This document shows, in pieces, positions 10,898-19,994 of a stretch of DNA of 64,000 bases. The position numbers and the translations under genes are program-made. Below the pieces are notes generated by a model. The model searched no databases. It saw nothing but the letters and a program-made list of their open reading frames with translations, and was not told the DNA's origin. Origin of the DNA: a virus. The stretch lies in IMG/VR virus record IMGVR_UViG_3300033802_000281; one strand, written 5' to 3'. Numbering within the stretch: the stretch's first letter is position 1; every line of letters begins with the position of its first letter.

Positions 10898-11398
10898 TTA
10901 ACTAGGTGCATTGATTTTAGTATTTCCATTTTTGATAGTTGTCATAGTGCCTAAGTGAGTAGTTACTTCAGATCCAATTAATGCAACTGCTTTACCTACT
11001 AATTTCATTTTACTGCTACCGGAAGATATTACTCCTTGACCACTTCCCGAAGTTCCGGGACTTATATTGCGATATTCTCTTGTCGATGTATTTGAAGGTA
11101 CAGGAGGGTCAGCAACCCATGTTTCATTTACAACATCTCCGACCGTTGCAACCGACACACCACCAATTTTCATTTTTGAATTGGTTGTAACAGTTCCTGT
11201 AATTTTTGCATTTGTACTTCCTGTTCCTGTAAATACCCAACCGTATGTAGGGCTTACATAATCAATGCAATGACCATCTTCATCGTATTCACGACAATAC
11301 CCCGGACTGATTTGTTGCCAATCATAAATGTCATAAGTGACGTGATCTGGTTTTATGGATTCAACAATCTCTGAACCATTAATCGCGATTCCGGGCAT
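10898..11398 (-). CDS. PAAR-like tail spike tip protein
   Basis: Three PAAR-like repeats (MPGIAINGS, IGGVSVATVGD, LVGKAVALIGS) plus ISSGSSKM motif; located downstream of the spike gene. Confidence 0.55.
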   Translation of the reverse strand: MPGIAINGSEIVESIKPDHVTYDIYDWQQISPGYCREYDEDGHCIDYVSPTYGWVFTGTGSTNAKITGTVTTNSKMKIGGVSVATVGDVVNETWVADPPVPSNTSTREYRNISPGTSGSGQGVISSGSSKMKLVGKAVALIGSEVTTHLGTMTTIKNGNTKINAPS

Positions 11399-11399
11399 A

Positions 11400-11600
11400 A
11401 TATCACCCCATTTTTTGCTTGACACTCCCCATGCCTAAAGGCAGGGGATTCTTGGGTAATCTCCACTAAAGAGAAATTTACCAAGCTATCCCCGTGTGTC
11501 CCACGGTTCATATATTTAAACAGCATATTTCAATATATTTTTCGCTGCATTTACATCCCTATCATGAATCGTACCACATTTAGCACAAATCCATTCCCTA
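11400..11600 (-). ncRNA. Predicted TnpB omega/reRNA (right-end scaffold plus flanking guide); boundaries approximate
   Basis: Structured right end downstream of tnpB; established TnpB biology places the guide immediately 3' of TCAA. Confidence 0.6.
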
Positions 11601-12598
11601 ATACTTAAATCTTTAACTTGCTCATTTTTATATCCACATTCACTACATATTTGACTAGAAGCAAAGAATCGGTTTATTTTCTTTACTTCCCTTCCATACC
11701 ATTGCGCCTTGTATTCTAATTGTCTTACAAATTCGCTCCATGAAGCATCTCCAATATTCCTCGCCAATCTGCCATTCTGTAACATACCTTTTACATTTAA
11801 ATCTTCAATGGCGATTACTTGGTTTTCGTGAATCATCCTTGAAGATAGTTTATGTAAAAAGTCTGCACGACAGTTAGCAATTTTTTCATGGATTCGCACT
11901 ACTTTTAATCTTGCCTTTTCTCTATTTTTGCTTCCTTTTTGACGACGAGACAGTTTTCGTTGCCAATATTTTAATTGTTTGAGATATTTGTTTAAATATT
12001 TCGGATTAACAATTTCTTCACCAGTTGATAGTGTAGCAAATGATTTAATTCCAAGATCAATGCCAACTTGATTACTTGTTTGTGGTAATTGCTCAATTTC
12101 AACTTCACAACAAATAGATACAAAATATTTTCCACTTGGATTACGTCTAACTGTTGCCTTAATGATTTTACCTTCAATATCACGAGACTTAGCGTATCTC
12201 ACAAGTCCAAGTTTGGGAAGTTGAATATGATTATCAGATACTTTGATGTTCATTTTAGAAGTATATGATTGAACCGGATTTTTCTTTGACTTGAATTTGG
12301 GATAGCCTTTCTTTTCTTTAAAGAACTTCTGATATGCAGAATCTAAGTCCTTCAAAGATGTTTGTAATGCTGTTGAATCAACTTCTTTTAGCCACAACAG
12401 TTCTTTCTTTAATTGTGTAAGTTCAGCAGAGCAAGCATTATAATTTAGTGTTTTTTGTTCTTTCTCGTACAATTCTTTGCGCTTAGAAAGAAAGTGATTA
12501 TAAACAAAACGGCAACATCCAATTGTTTTGTTAATTAAAACTTGTTGTTCTTTATTTGGGTAGATTCGGAATTTAAATGCCTTATGGAATGTTGCCAC
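11516..12598 (-). CDS. tnpB: RNA-guided endonuclease TnpB
   Basis: [32 protein letters not shown] zinc ribbon, [10 protein letters not shown]; all three RuvC acidic residues present. Confidence 0.95.
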   Translation of the reverse strand: MATFHKAFKFRIYPNKEQQVLINKTIGCCRFVYNHFLSKRKELYEKEQKTLNYNACSAELTQLKKELLWLKEVDSTALQTSLKDLDSAYQKFFKEKKGYPKFKSKKNPVQSYTSKMNIKVSDNHIQLPKLGLVRYAKSRDIEGKIIKATVRRNPSGKYFVSICCEVEIEQLPQTSNQVGIDLGIKSFATLSTGEEIVNPKYLNKYLKQLKYWQRKLSRRQKGSKNREKARLKVVRIHEKIANCRADFLHKLSSRMIHENQVIAIEDLNVKGMLQNGRLARNIGDASWSEFVRQLEYKAQWYGREVKKINRFFASSQICSECGYKNEQVKDLSIREWICAKCGTIHDRDVNAAKNILKYAV

Positions 12599-12602
12599 TT
12601 GT

Positions 12603-13007
12603 TTATTCACCTCTTTCTTTTTGATTTTTAATATATTGTTTAACAACATCCAACGAAATAGAACCTACAGTAGCAACAAAATATGAATTTGTCCACATAG
12701 AAGGTAAACGACTTTTGAGATGCTTGAACTCTTGCCTTAGTATCCTTGAAGTATATCCCTTTAAGTGCTTAACTACTTTATGAATACCAAATTGCGGATC
12801 GCATTTAATTAGCAGATGAACATGATCTGGCATGATTTCCATTTCGATTATTTCACTTTTTAATTCTTTACTCTTTTCGATAAAAAGTTCTTTTACGCGA
12901 TTTTCAACATCATTAATTAGGACTTTTCTTCGATATTTAGGACAAAACACCACATGATATTTGCAATCATAAACAATGTTGTGGTTCGAATCTACTGTTC
13001 TTGGCAT
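12603..13007 (-). CDS. tnpA: Y1 HUH transposase TnpA
   Basis: [19 protein letters not shown] (HUH), [13 protein letters not shown]. Confidence 0.95.
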   Translation of the reverse strand: MPRTVDSNHNIVYDCKYHVVFCPKYRRKVLINDVENRVKELFIEKSKELKSEIIEMEIMPDHVHLLIKCDPQFGIHKVVKHLKGYTSRILRQEFKHLKSRLPSMWTNSYFVATVGSISLDVVKQYIKNQKERGE

Positions 13008-13224
13008 ATCTATCACCTCTATGATTAATATACCATTTTGATGATAGAAATGTCAAGTTTATCTAACATTTTTTTAGAACTATTTTTACTGTCGCCTTAT
13101 ATCCCCATGCGTAAACGCAGGGGTTTTACGGCGACTGAGTATAATAAACATCTAGAACTACTGCACTATTAATCCTCCCAACTTTAAGTTACATTATTGG
13201 GTATTTAAAAATCAAGATTTTGGG

Positions 13225-13264
13225 AAAAAATGTGCGAGCATTATCATAAAATAATGCCCGCACA
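13225..13264 (-). terminator. Intrinsic terminator of the moron gene
   Basis: TGTGCGGGCATTAT...ATAATGCTCGCACA plus T-run on minus strand. Confidence 0.75.
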
Positions 13265-13275
13265 TTGGTCGATAG

Positions 13276-13944
13276 TTAATTAAAATATCCCTTTGTATCA
13301 ATATAGAAAGAAAACCCTTCACCATTGATCAGTAAGTGAAAGAGAAGATTTTCTGTACCATCTTCTACTTTACCTTTTCTAATAATTCCTGTTACAGTCG
13401 ATCCAGCTTTAACAGGTTTGGAGAACTCGTTTTCTCCAGATATAGTACCGAAAGTTTGATATTGTTTACCAGACACTTTATAATTAGCTCCTAAAACAGT
13501 ACTGCGATAATTAACTTCAATATCCTTGTCAGAATTATTTTCAACTGTAATATTAAAATCGGTTGAATTTTCGCCAAGAGAAACCGAATTTACAGTAACA
13601 ATAATTCCATTTTTGCTAATTGTAATGGGCAGTTTTTGAAATTCGAAAGAAGATTGATTCTGATCTTCATTAAAATTTTCACTTGTAGAATTCGTATTAT
13701 TCAAAGAAATAACCCCTTTTTGATAAGACACATCATATCCGGTGATAGTTCCAATATCGCGTACAGGCAGATATGTTCTACTATTAATTACTACAGGTTT
13801 TTCAGATAATACTTTTTCTTGTCCATTTACAACAATTTTTAAATCAATGATTGATGCATTCAAATTATTTGCAGCATAAGAAATACCGCTAAAAAAGATG
13901 GCTCCACAAAGAAAAGCAACAAAAAGCTTCAATTTTTCTCTCAT
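13276..13944 (-). CDS. Secreted copper-amine-oxidase-N/stalk-domain protein (moron)
   Basis: Signal peptide ending SYA; KIVVNG...PVVINSRTYLPVRDI motif; has its own promoter and terminator. Confidence 0.75.
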   Translation of the reverse strand: MREKLKLFVAFLCGAIFFSGISYAANNLNASIIDLKIVVNGQEKVLSEKPVVINSRTYLPVRDIGTITGYDVSYQKGVISLNNTNSTSENFNEDQNQSSFEFQKLPITISKNGIIVTVNSVSLGENSTDFNITVENNSDKDIEVNYRSTVLGANYKVSGKQYQTFGTISGENEFSKPVKAGSTVTGIIRKGKVEDGTENLLFHLLINGEGFSFYIDTKGYFN

Positions 13945-13976
13945 TATATTTCCTCCGTTTTTATATTTTTAGTTTA

Positions 13977-14005
13977 ATTATATTAAATATTGGAGGAAAT
14001 GTCTA
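13977..14005 (-). promoter_or_regulatory. SigA-type promoter of the moron gene
   Basis: TAGACA-17 nt-TATAAT on minus strand. Confidence 0.65.
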
Positions 14006-14010
14006 CCTTA

Positions 14011-17000
14011 TTACGTGAAATTATACTGAGTACCTGTAATATTTATTGATCCTGAAGCTGTTAAGTTTATATTTCCATTTATATTAGCTGTCATTCCGCT
14101 CGTGTTGATAGTAATTGATCCAGAAGTTTTATGTATCATTGTAATATCATTTCCATTTTGTGTGATAACAAATTTCGTTCCACTATCATGTTCTAATTCT
14201 ATAACTCCATAATGTACGTAAACCTTAACTCCTTCGTCAAGGAAATATATAGAACGTTCAGTACCAATTGATCTTGCGAATGATTTTATTTCAAGCCCTT
14301 CTGCTGGTTTAGATATTATTGCTTTACCTGAAAGTGTAGTCGATCCGTCTCCTAATCCTAAGTAAATTGAAGGAAAAGCCTCAAGACCAGAACCCTCAAA
14401 TTTCAACTCCATTTTTACTTTTTCATCCATCTCATATTTCATTACAGGCCACGGAGTTTCTTCTGTTGTTATCAAACCTTTTTGAGATGATTCAACCCAA
14501 TATAATTTTCTTCCATCAGGTAATTCAACATGAGTGCCTGAACCTGAAACTTTGCCTGTAATCCATTGGGCTATATTTTCTTTTATAACAATATAATTCG
14601 ACCAATCCATTAAAGAAGCATTTGTGAGTGTAGACAATCTACTAGCAGTTAAATCACTAATGAACCCAACATCAGTAGCAACAAAGTTCGCACTAATTAG
14701 TTGTGCTTCGATACGTCCAGCGCCAATAGCATCAAATCCGCCAAAGTTAATTATTTTATTTTCACTGTCAATCAATAAATTATTGTCGCCATCTTTAACA
14801 ATAAGTTTCTTAAATGTTGCTGTGCCGTCCATAGCAATTGAGGCAATAGCATCACCGAAAAGTTCGCTCCCAGCCCAAAATCCGTATGCTGGATCTAATT
14901 TCATTACTCCGCCAGCATTTCTTAATGTAATTCTTGAACCGCTTATTTCACCATTGACAAAGAAACTGTTTGCTATATCAATATCTTGAGCATGTACTGT
15001 CCCATCTAAGTCTGCCCAAAATACATCTTTCCAATTAGGCGATTGAGCAGTACCTACATTTTGTTGAACTACAAAACCTCTTGTACCACTCATAATAGAG
15101 CGATACATATTATCGCTTCGAGTTGCAATAATACCGTTTGCATAATCTATAATCACATTATTAAAATAAGCACCGAACTGCACTGATGAATACTTAATTG
15201 AGTCATTTATAGCATTGATAATATTGACTGTTTCATCATAATAGTTTTTGAATTTATTTATAAATTCATTACGATCAATTTCCGACGTTTCATCCATATT
15301 ACTTAACAAAGGCGAAAGATAGGCCATTAATGCATTATATGCATTTGTATAATTTGTCGGATCAATACGAATGGTATTATCACGGGTTGTTGAAGCATAA
15401 GCTTGAGCCTGCGCTAAAAGCTTTTGATATTCAGATTGAATTCTCTCTTTTTCACCAAGTACTTGTAGTTTTTCAATGGCAGTAAGTTTTCCATCAGTAA
15501 CAATGTTTTCAAACTTGCCTATATCCATAAATTTTGTATAACTATCTAGTAGTAATTCATTGGAATCTCCAACTATCTTCAATCTTTTTGTTGTCATATC
15601 TTCTGAATATAGCAGTCCATCATTATCGACATAAAACTTATCTTTATATTCGATACCGTTCCATTGTTGTATTTTAAATCCATCTTCTGAATTCATTATA
15701 ATTTTATTTATAGCCCTAGCGTCTGAATCATTTGATATGTATCGATTAATAAGAATTCCGAATAAATCGGGATTTTCTTCATATAGCCCTATCTTCATAG
15801 CTACACGGCCAAGACGATCTGTAATCGTCGTTTTTGGACCTTCTGTAAGCCATATCCCATCATCATCGCCAATGGTTACACGTTGGGTAAGCAAGATTTT
15901 ACCTAGTAGTCGTTCGGCTATAATTCCATCTGGTGTAATAGCGGATTCATATCTAAGACCACCTGATCTTGTAAGAGCCAAAACCCCGTGAGTTGCACGA
16001 AGAAATCTTAATGGATCATGCGGATCGATAATTGTAACACCTCGTGCATCGATTTGCACGAATTCGTTATTTGCCATATTAACTTGCTTTGTGACGCTAT
16101 CCCAAAAGTTCTCGAATATTTGAGAAAATTCACTTGTATCTACAACTGCTTTTCCCCATTTTGACTTATTCAAATCAACAATACTGCTCGTTTTATTAGA
16201 ATCATAAATGTATCGCTCTAACTGTTCTCTTCCAGTTGTTAGATCTTTAAAATTTGCTATTGTCAAAGTAATATTACCGTTCTCATAATCATATTCAATA
16301 TTTATAATTTTTGCTTCTACTAACAAATTAAATGGTTCGTATTTAATAATTACTTTATCTCCTAAATATAATTCGTCCCAATTTCTCTGTTCTTCAATTA
16401 CTTCAAGAAAATTAACTATATCAATTTTTATTGAAAGTTGAGGAATTCGTATTTCATCAAAGATTTTCTTTGCTTCTTCAAATAAATCCTTATCATCAAT
16501 TAGATTATCATCTTTAAAAACTTCAACGGTAATATAAAGATTTAATTCTTCTAGCTGTTCTGTTGTAAAATTATTATTTGGATCTAGCAGATTATTTATT
16601 TGGTCTATATTATTCTCTACATTTTTAATTTGCGATCTAATGTATTCAATCTCATTTTGTTTATTCCTTATTTGAGCCTCTTTATTATCAAAATTATATT
16701 TTTCAATAATTGTCGCTTCATTACCTGAAGCATTAAACTCATCTGTTGTAATATTGGCGATTTGAATAAAGACTTCCGTGTTTCCTGATCCAGAAATACT
16801 TACAGTAATCGGAGTAGTGCCGGAATTTATTTTTTTAGAAACAACCCAAGTTCCACCCATCATGTAACTTGGTTGTCCATTTATCATCAAGGTTTTTCCT
16901 GATACATTGTCAACCTTAACCAATACTGCATATTGGTATAGAGAATCAACATTAAAAACTTTTGTTGTTGTTCCTCCTGAATGAAGGAACTTTTCAAAAA

Positions 17001-18018
17001 ACATTACGCCATCAAATTGTTGTGCTAACTGAATTTCAGTAATAGTAGCCAATTGATTTTTTAAATCATTTAGCTCTGCTGTTTTTTGTGCTAATTGATT
17101 ATCCAATGAGTCTTTCTGCTCAAGAAGATTTTTAAATGTTCCTTCATTCGCTCGAACCAATTCTTGAAAATCTAATAAGGCATGACAAAGCGAATCCGAC
17201 ATATAATTACTATGTTGAATAACATTTTTGTTTTCATCACGTTCAAAAGGAAACATAAAATACGAAAAATCTTCTATGTATCCTTGTCCAGTCGGATTTA
17301 CTCTGTGTATGGTTAATCCATCTTTACCTTCTGGTATAAGACGAGTAACGATCTTTGTTCCATCTGTTTCACGATTAATTGATTTTAAATATTTTGCATA
17401 AGAGAGAGTTCCAAGGCGATTAATCCCATGTAACTCAGGCTTTACAAAACTTAATTTCCTATTCTCGGTATCCCATTCGACAATTGCATTATATGTTTCT
17501 GCCACCTTATAGACAGCATCTAAAATTGTATTGTTTGCAAACTCAAATGACCGATAAGTTAGTTCGAAATCAGCATCTAGATAGTCAATATCCCATATAG
17601 TTTGAGATAAGACATCATTGAGAACTTGTCTGGCATTATACGATTCTACAGAATATTCCCGGATTAACTTATCATTTAATTCTTGAGGTAATAGCCTACA
17701 ATGAATTTCTTTATATTCGTCATTATCGTCAGCTTTATCTTCGATTTTGGTTATGATATACCACTCAATCTTATTTCCAGATACAAACTTAATATGATAA
17801 CGTTCTTTAATTAAATCAACCGTATCATTTCTATATATTTCATTATTAATATCAATGTAATAAGGTATTTTAAAATTTAACTCATATAATGAAGTTATAG
17901 GCGTTTCTCTCTTAATATCGTAAGCTTCGCTAATTTTATCAATGATTTCTCTATTGGGTTTTGTGAGAAACAGTTCTGGTATTTTTGGTCGTAAATTTAC
18001 GTCAATATCACCAACCAT
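14011..18018 (-). CDS. Tail-associated hub/spike protein (Tal-like) with C-terminal beta-helix
   Basis: Prophage-tail-type N-terminus (IVTRLIPEGKDGLTI, YIEDFSYF), coiled coils, C-terminal NINLTASGSINITG repeats; follows Dit. Confidence 0.75.
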   Translation of the reverse strand: MVGDIDVNLRPKIPELFLTKPNREIIDKISEAYDIKRETPITSLYELNFKIPYYIDINNEIYRNDTVDLIKERYHIKFVSGNKIEWYIITKIEDKADDNDEYKEIHCRLLPQELNDKLIREYSVESYNARQVLNDVLSQTIWDIDYLDADFELTYRSFEFANNTILDAVYKVAETYNAIVEWDTENRKLSFVKPELHGINRLGTLSYAKYLKSINRETDGTKIVTRLIPEGKDGLTIHRVNPTGQGYIEDFSYFMFPFERDENKNVIQHSNYMSDSLCHALLDFQELVRANEGTFKNLLEQKDSLDNQLAQKTAELNDLKNQLATITEIQLAQQFDGVMFFEKFLHSGGTTTKVFNVDSLYQYAVLVKVDNVSGKTLMINGQPSYMMGGTWVVSKKINSGTTPITVSISGSGNTEVFIQIANITTDEFNASGNEATIIEKYNFDNKEAQIRNKQNEIEYIRSQIKNVENNIDQINNLLDPNNNFTTEQLEELNLYITVEVFKDDNLIDDKDLFEEAKKIFDEIRIPQLSIKIDIVNFLEVIEEQRNWDELYLGDKVIIKYEPFNLLVEAKIINIEYDYENGNITLTIANFKDLTTGREQLERYIYDSNKTSSIVDLNKSKWGKAVVDTSEFSQIFENFWDSVTKQVNMANNEFVQIDARGVTIIDPHDPLRFLRATHGVLALTRSGGLRYESAITPDGIIAERLLGKILLTQRVTIGDDDGIWLTEGPKTTITDRLGRVAMKIGLYEENPDLFGILINRYISNDSDARAINKIIMNSEDGFKIQQWNGIEYKDKFYVDNDGLLYSEDMTTKRLKIVGDSNELLLDSYTKFMDIGKFENIVTDGKLTAIEKLQVLGEKERIQSEYQKLLAQAQAYASTTRDNTIRIDPTNYTNAYNALMAYLSPLLSNMDETSEIDRNEFINKFKNYYDETVNIINAINDSIKYSSVQFGAYFNNVIIDYANGIIATRSDNMYRSIMSGTRGFVVQQNVGTAQSPNWKDVFWADLDGTVHAQDIDIANSFFVNGEISGSRITLRNAGGVMKLDPAYGFWAGSELFGDAIASIAMDGTATFKKLIVKDGDNNLLIDSENKIINFGGFDAIGAGRIEAQLISANFVATDVGFISDLTASRLSTLTNASLMDWSNYIVIKENIAQWITGKVSGSGTHVELPDGRKLYWVESSQKGLITTEETPWPVMKYEMDEKVKMELKFEGSGLEAFPSIYLGLGDGSTTLSGKAIISKPAEGLEIKSFARSIGTERSIYFLDEGVKVYVHYGVIELEHDSGTKFVITQNGNDITMIHKTSGSITINTSGMTANINGNINLTASGSINITGTQYNFT

Positions 18019-18029
18019 TACAGATCACC

Positions 18030-18674
18030 TTATATGTATTTAAATTGATATCTAAACAAAATTTTTGCATTCCCGTTAACACGAAAAACATTTTTACCAA
18101 CAGGAAGTTTCAAATAATTATTATTAAAATTCGAATATCGATAAGTTGCCAATCGGTCAGTTTCAATATGTTCTCGTTCATTATTGACATATACGGTTTC
18201 ACCATTAACCAAATTAACAAATTTAAATTCTTCGTTTCGATGAGATAAATTGGTTAAAGAAAAATTCCCACTTTGATTCATAGTAATCCATAATTCAGGT
18301 TGACAAACAGTATCACCCTTATTGTCAAAGACGATTACAGGTTCAAATTCGAATTTAATTTCATCGAACCGTGGACTTATTGTGGGACTTTTGGATTCTA
18401 AAAATACTCTATATTTAAACTTAACATCTCCCACTGGTGATTCAACATCTAAATCAGGCAAAGATCCGCCATTTAAACATTGTCTCCAATCAGTCCAATC
18501 AAAACCGCCATCGAATGATAATGAAGTATAAACTTTAATTTTAGTACCAGATGGTTCATAAGAACTCCATGTTACCTTGCTCAACACTCCGTCTCCGTCA
18601 AGAGAGAAAGAGTCTCCATTAGATTCGAAGTACCCACTAAAACCAGAAACCATTAACCATGTAGCCATAAGCAA
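18030..18674 (-). CDS. Dit-like/baseplate protein
   Basis: C-terminal NKGD..CQPELWI...YLKLPVGKNVFRV resembles the Dit C-terminal half. Confidence 0.6.
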   Translation of the reverse strand: MLMATWLMVSGFSGYFESNGDSFSLDGDGVLSKVTWSSYEPSGTKIKVYTSLSFDGGFDWTDWRQCLNGGSLPDLDVESPVGDVKFKYRVFLESKSPTISPRFDEIKFEFEPVIVFDNKGDTVCQPELWITMNQSGNFSLTNLSHRNEEFKFVNLVNGETVYVNNEREHIETDRLATYRYSNFNNNYLKLPVGKNVFRVNGNAKILFRYQFKYI

Positions 18675-18679
18675 ACACC

Positions 18680-19315
18680 TTAATCAATTTTTCCGAATGG
18701 TCTGAAATATGCAGACGTGCCAGATTCACGCCATTTGACAATTCGATATGTTAACCATACAACTTGTCCATCAACAGTAGAAACTCCGTCAGTTGTTGAC
18801 CAAGTGGGTTCCGAGGTTCCTGATGTTCCAGCAGTAACACAAACATAAAATCTGTCATTAGGGATAGAGGGTACAACAATATCATGAATGTCATAATATT
18901 TAGAAGGTTGCCAAGTTGTTTTTCCTCTTGTATCTTCGGTTATTGTTTGTGCAGCAACTAACCAATTCGGTTCTGTTGGAGCACTATATCCTGACTGTAT
19001 ACATTCATACCAATGACCATTATCAGTTGTTGGAACAACTTTATCCCCCACTGAGTATTGCCGCAATGATGACCATTTTGGAGCAGCCTTTCCAGCACGT
19101 AGATTAATCATACCAACATAACCCTTTGTTTCAGGGTTATTAAAATATACTCTTCTGTTTTTAGCCCAATCTCCGCTTGTAGGGGCGTCATTTACATATA
19201 TATCAGATACATTATCTATTTTTTGAAAATTGATTGCTAAATCTAATATAGTTTGATGTATTTCGTCATTTACATCAGGCAAAATTAAGCCTGAGTTGGG
19301 TGCTATAGATGACAT
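18680..19315 (-). CDS. Tail protein with tandem CBM5/12-like repeats
   Basis: WSSLRQYSVGDKV..WYECIQSG..EPNW and WQPSKYYDIHDIV..YVCVTAGTSG..EPTW. Confidence 0.65.
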   Translation of the reverse strand: MSSIAPNSGLILPDVNDEIHQTILDLAINFQKIDNVSDIYVNDAPTSGDWAKNRRVYFNNPETKGYVGMINLRAGKAAPKWSSLRQYSVGDKVVPTTDNGHWYECIQSGYSAPTEPNWLVAAQTITEDTRGKTTWQPSKYYDIHDIVVPSIPNDRFYVCVTAGTSGTSEPTWSTTDGVSTVDGQVVWLTYRIVKWRESGTSAYFRPFGKID

Positions 19316-19331
19316 TAAAACACCTCTTTCG

Positions 19332-19949
19332 TTAAATATCTGTCCATTTTGTTGTTGAAGAAAAATCGCTCCATTTCTTTTTATTTGCATTTAATACTAA
19401 TTTGTTATTACTATCTAAAACAACTCCGTTGCGCTGCCCCGAATTAAAACTAGTTTTCCTTATGGTTATCGGAATTTCGTTCCAATCGTATTCTCTTGAT
19501 GTGTAAATAGGTGAGTAAGCATACGAATCATTACACCTAAAAGTTATACTAACATATCCTTCTTTTAGACAATTGTGTACTAATGTGGGATCATTAATAC
19601 AAAGCGCATAGTAAATTTTTTCAACATCACTTCCATCTTCTTCGTCAGAGAAATATAAAGGCTTATAATATTCTTGTTCGGTCAGCCATCTTTTTACTTC
19701 ATGTATTTTTTCATCATCCCATTTTTCTTCAAAAGCAAAATTTACTGTAAAGCTTAGTGGTTCTTTCTTTATACCTTTGAAATATGGTTTGCTTCTCCAT
19801 CTTGTACTTTCTTCAATTATAGATCTTGAATATGCAAATGGTTCTTCTTGCATTCCACTTGAAATATTTATATTCATAATTCCAAAATCAATACTTTTTT
19901 TTCCATCATACGAAAAGTATAATGCATCCCTAATTGCCACATTAATCAC
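19332..19949 (-). CDS. Distal tail protein (Dit), N-terminal part
   Basis: FSYDGKKSIDFGI...VKRWLT..YKPLYF...TFRCNDSYAYSP; immediately after tape measure. Confidence 0.75.
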   Translation of the reverse strand: MINVAIRDALYFSYDGKKSIDFGIMNINISSGMQEEPFAYSRSIIEESTRWRSKPYFKGIKKEPLSFTVNFAFEEKWDDEKIHEVKRWLTEQEYYKPLYFSDEEDGSDVEKIYYALCINDPTLVHNCLKEGYVSITFRCNDSYAYSPIYTSREYDWNEIPITIRKTSFNSGQRNGVVLDSNNKLVLNANKKKWSDFSSTTKWTDI

Positions 19950-19955
19950 TCCAAG

Positions 19956-19994
19956 AAAAAGTATAAAGAGAGGGAAATTATTCCCCCTCTTTAT
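19956..19994 (-). terminator. Intrinsic terminator after tape measure gene
   Basis: ATAAAGAGGGGGAA...TTCCCTCTCTTTAT plus T-run on minus strand. Confidence 0.65.

Larger units (their letters stand above)
11419..13140 (-). mobile_element. IS200/IS605-family insertion sequence (tnpA + tnpB)
   Basis: Left-end hairpin CCCCTGCG-TTTA-CGCATGGGG preceded by AAAA, with target TTAT at 13141-13144; right-end hairpin preceded by GAAT and ending TCAA at 11419; no target-site duplication. Confidence 0.9.
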
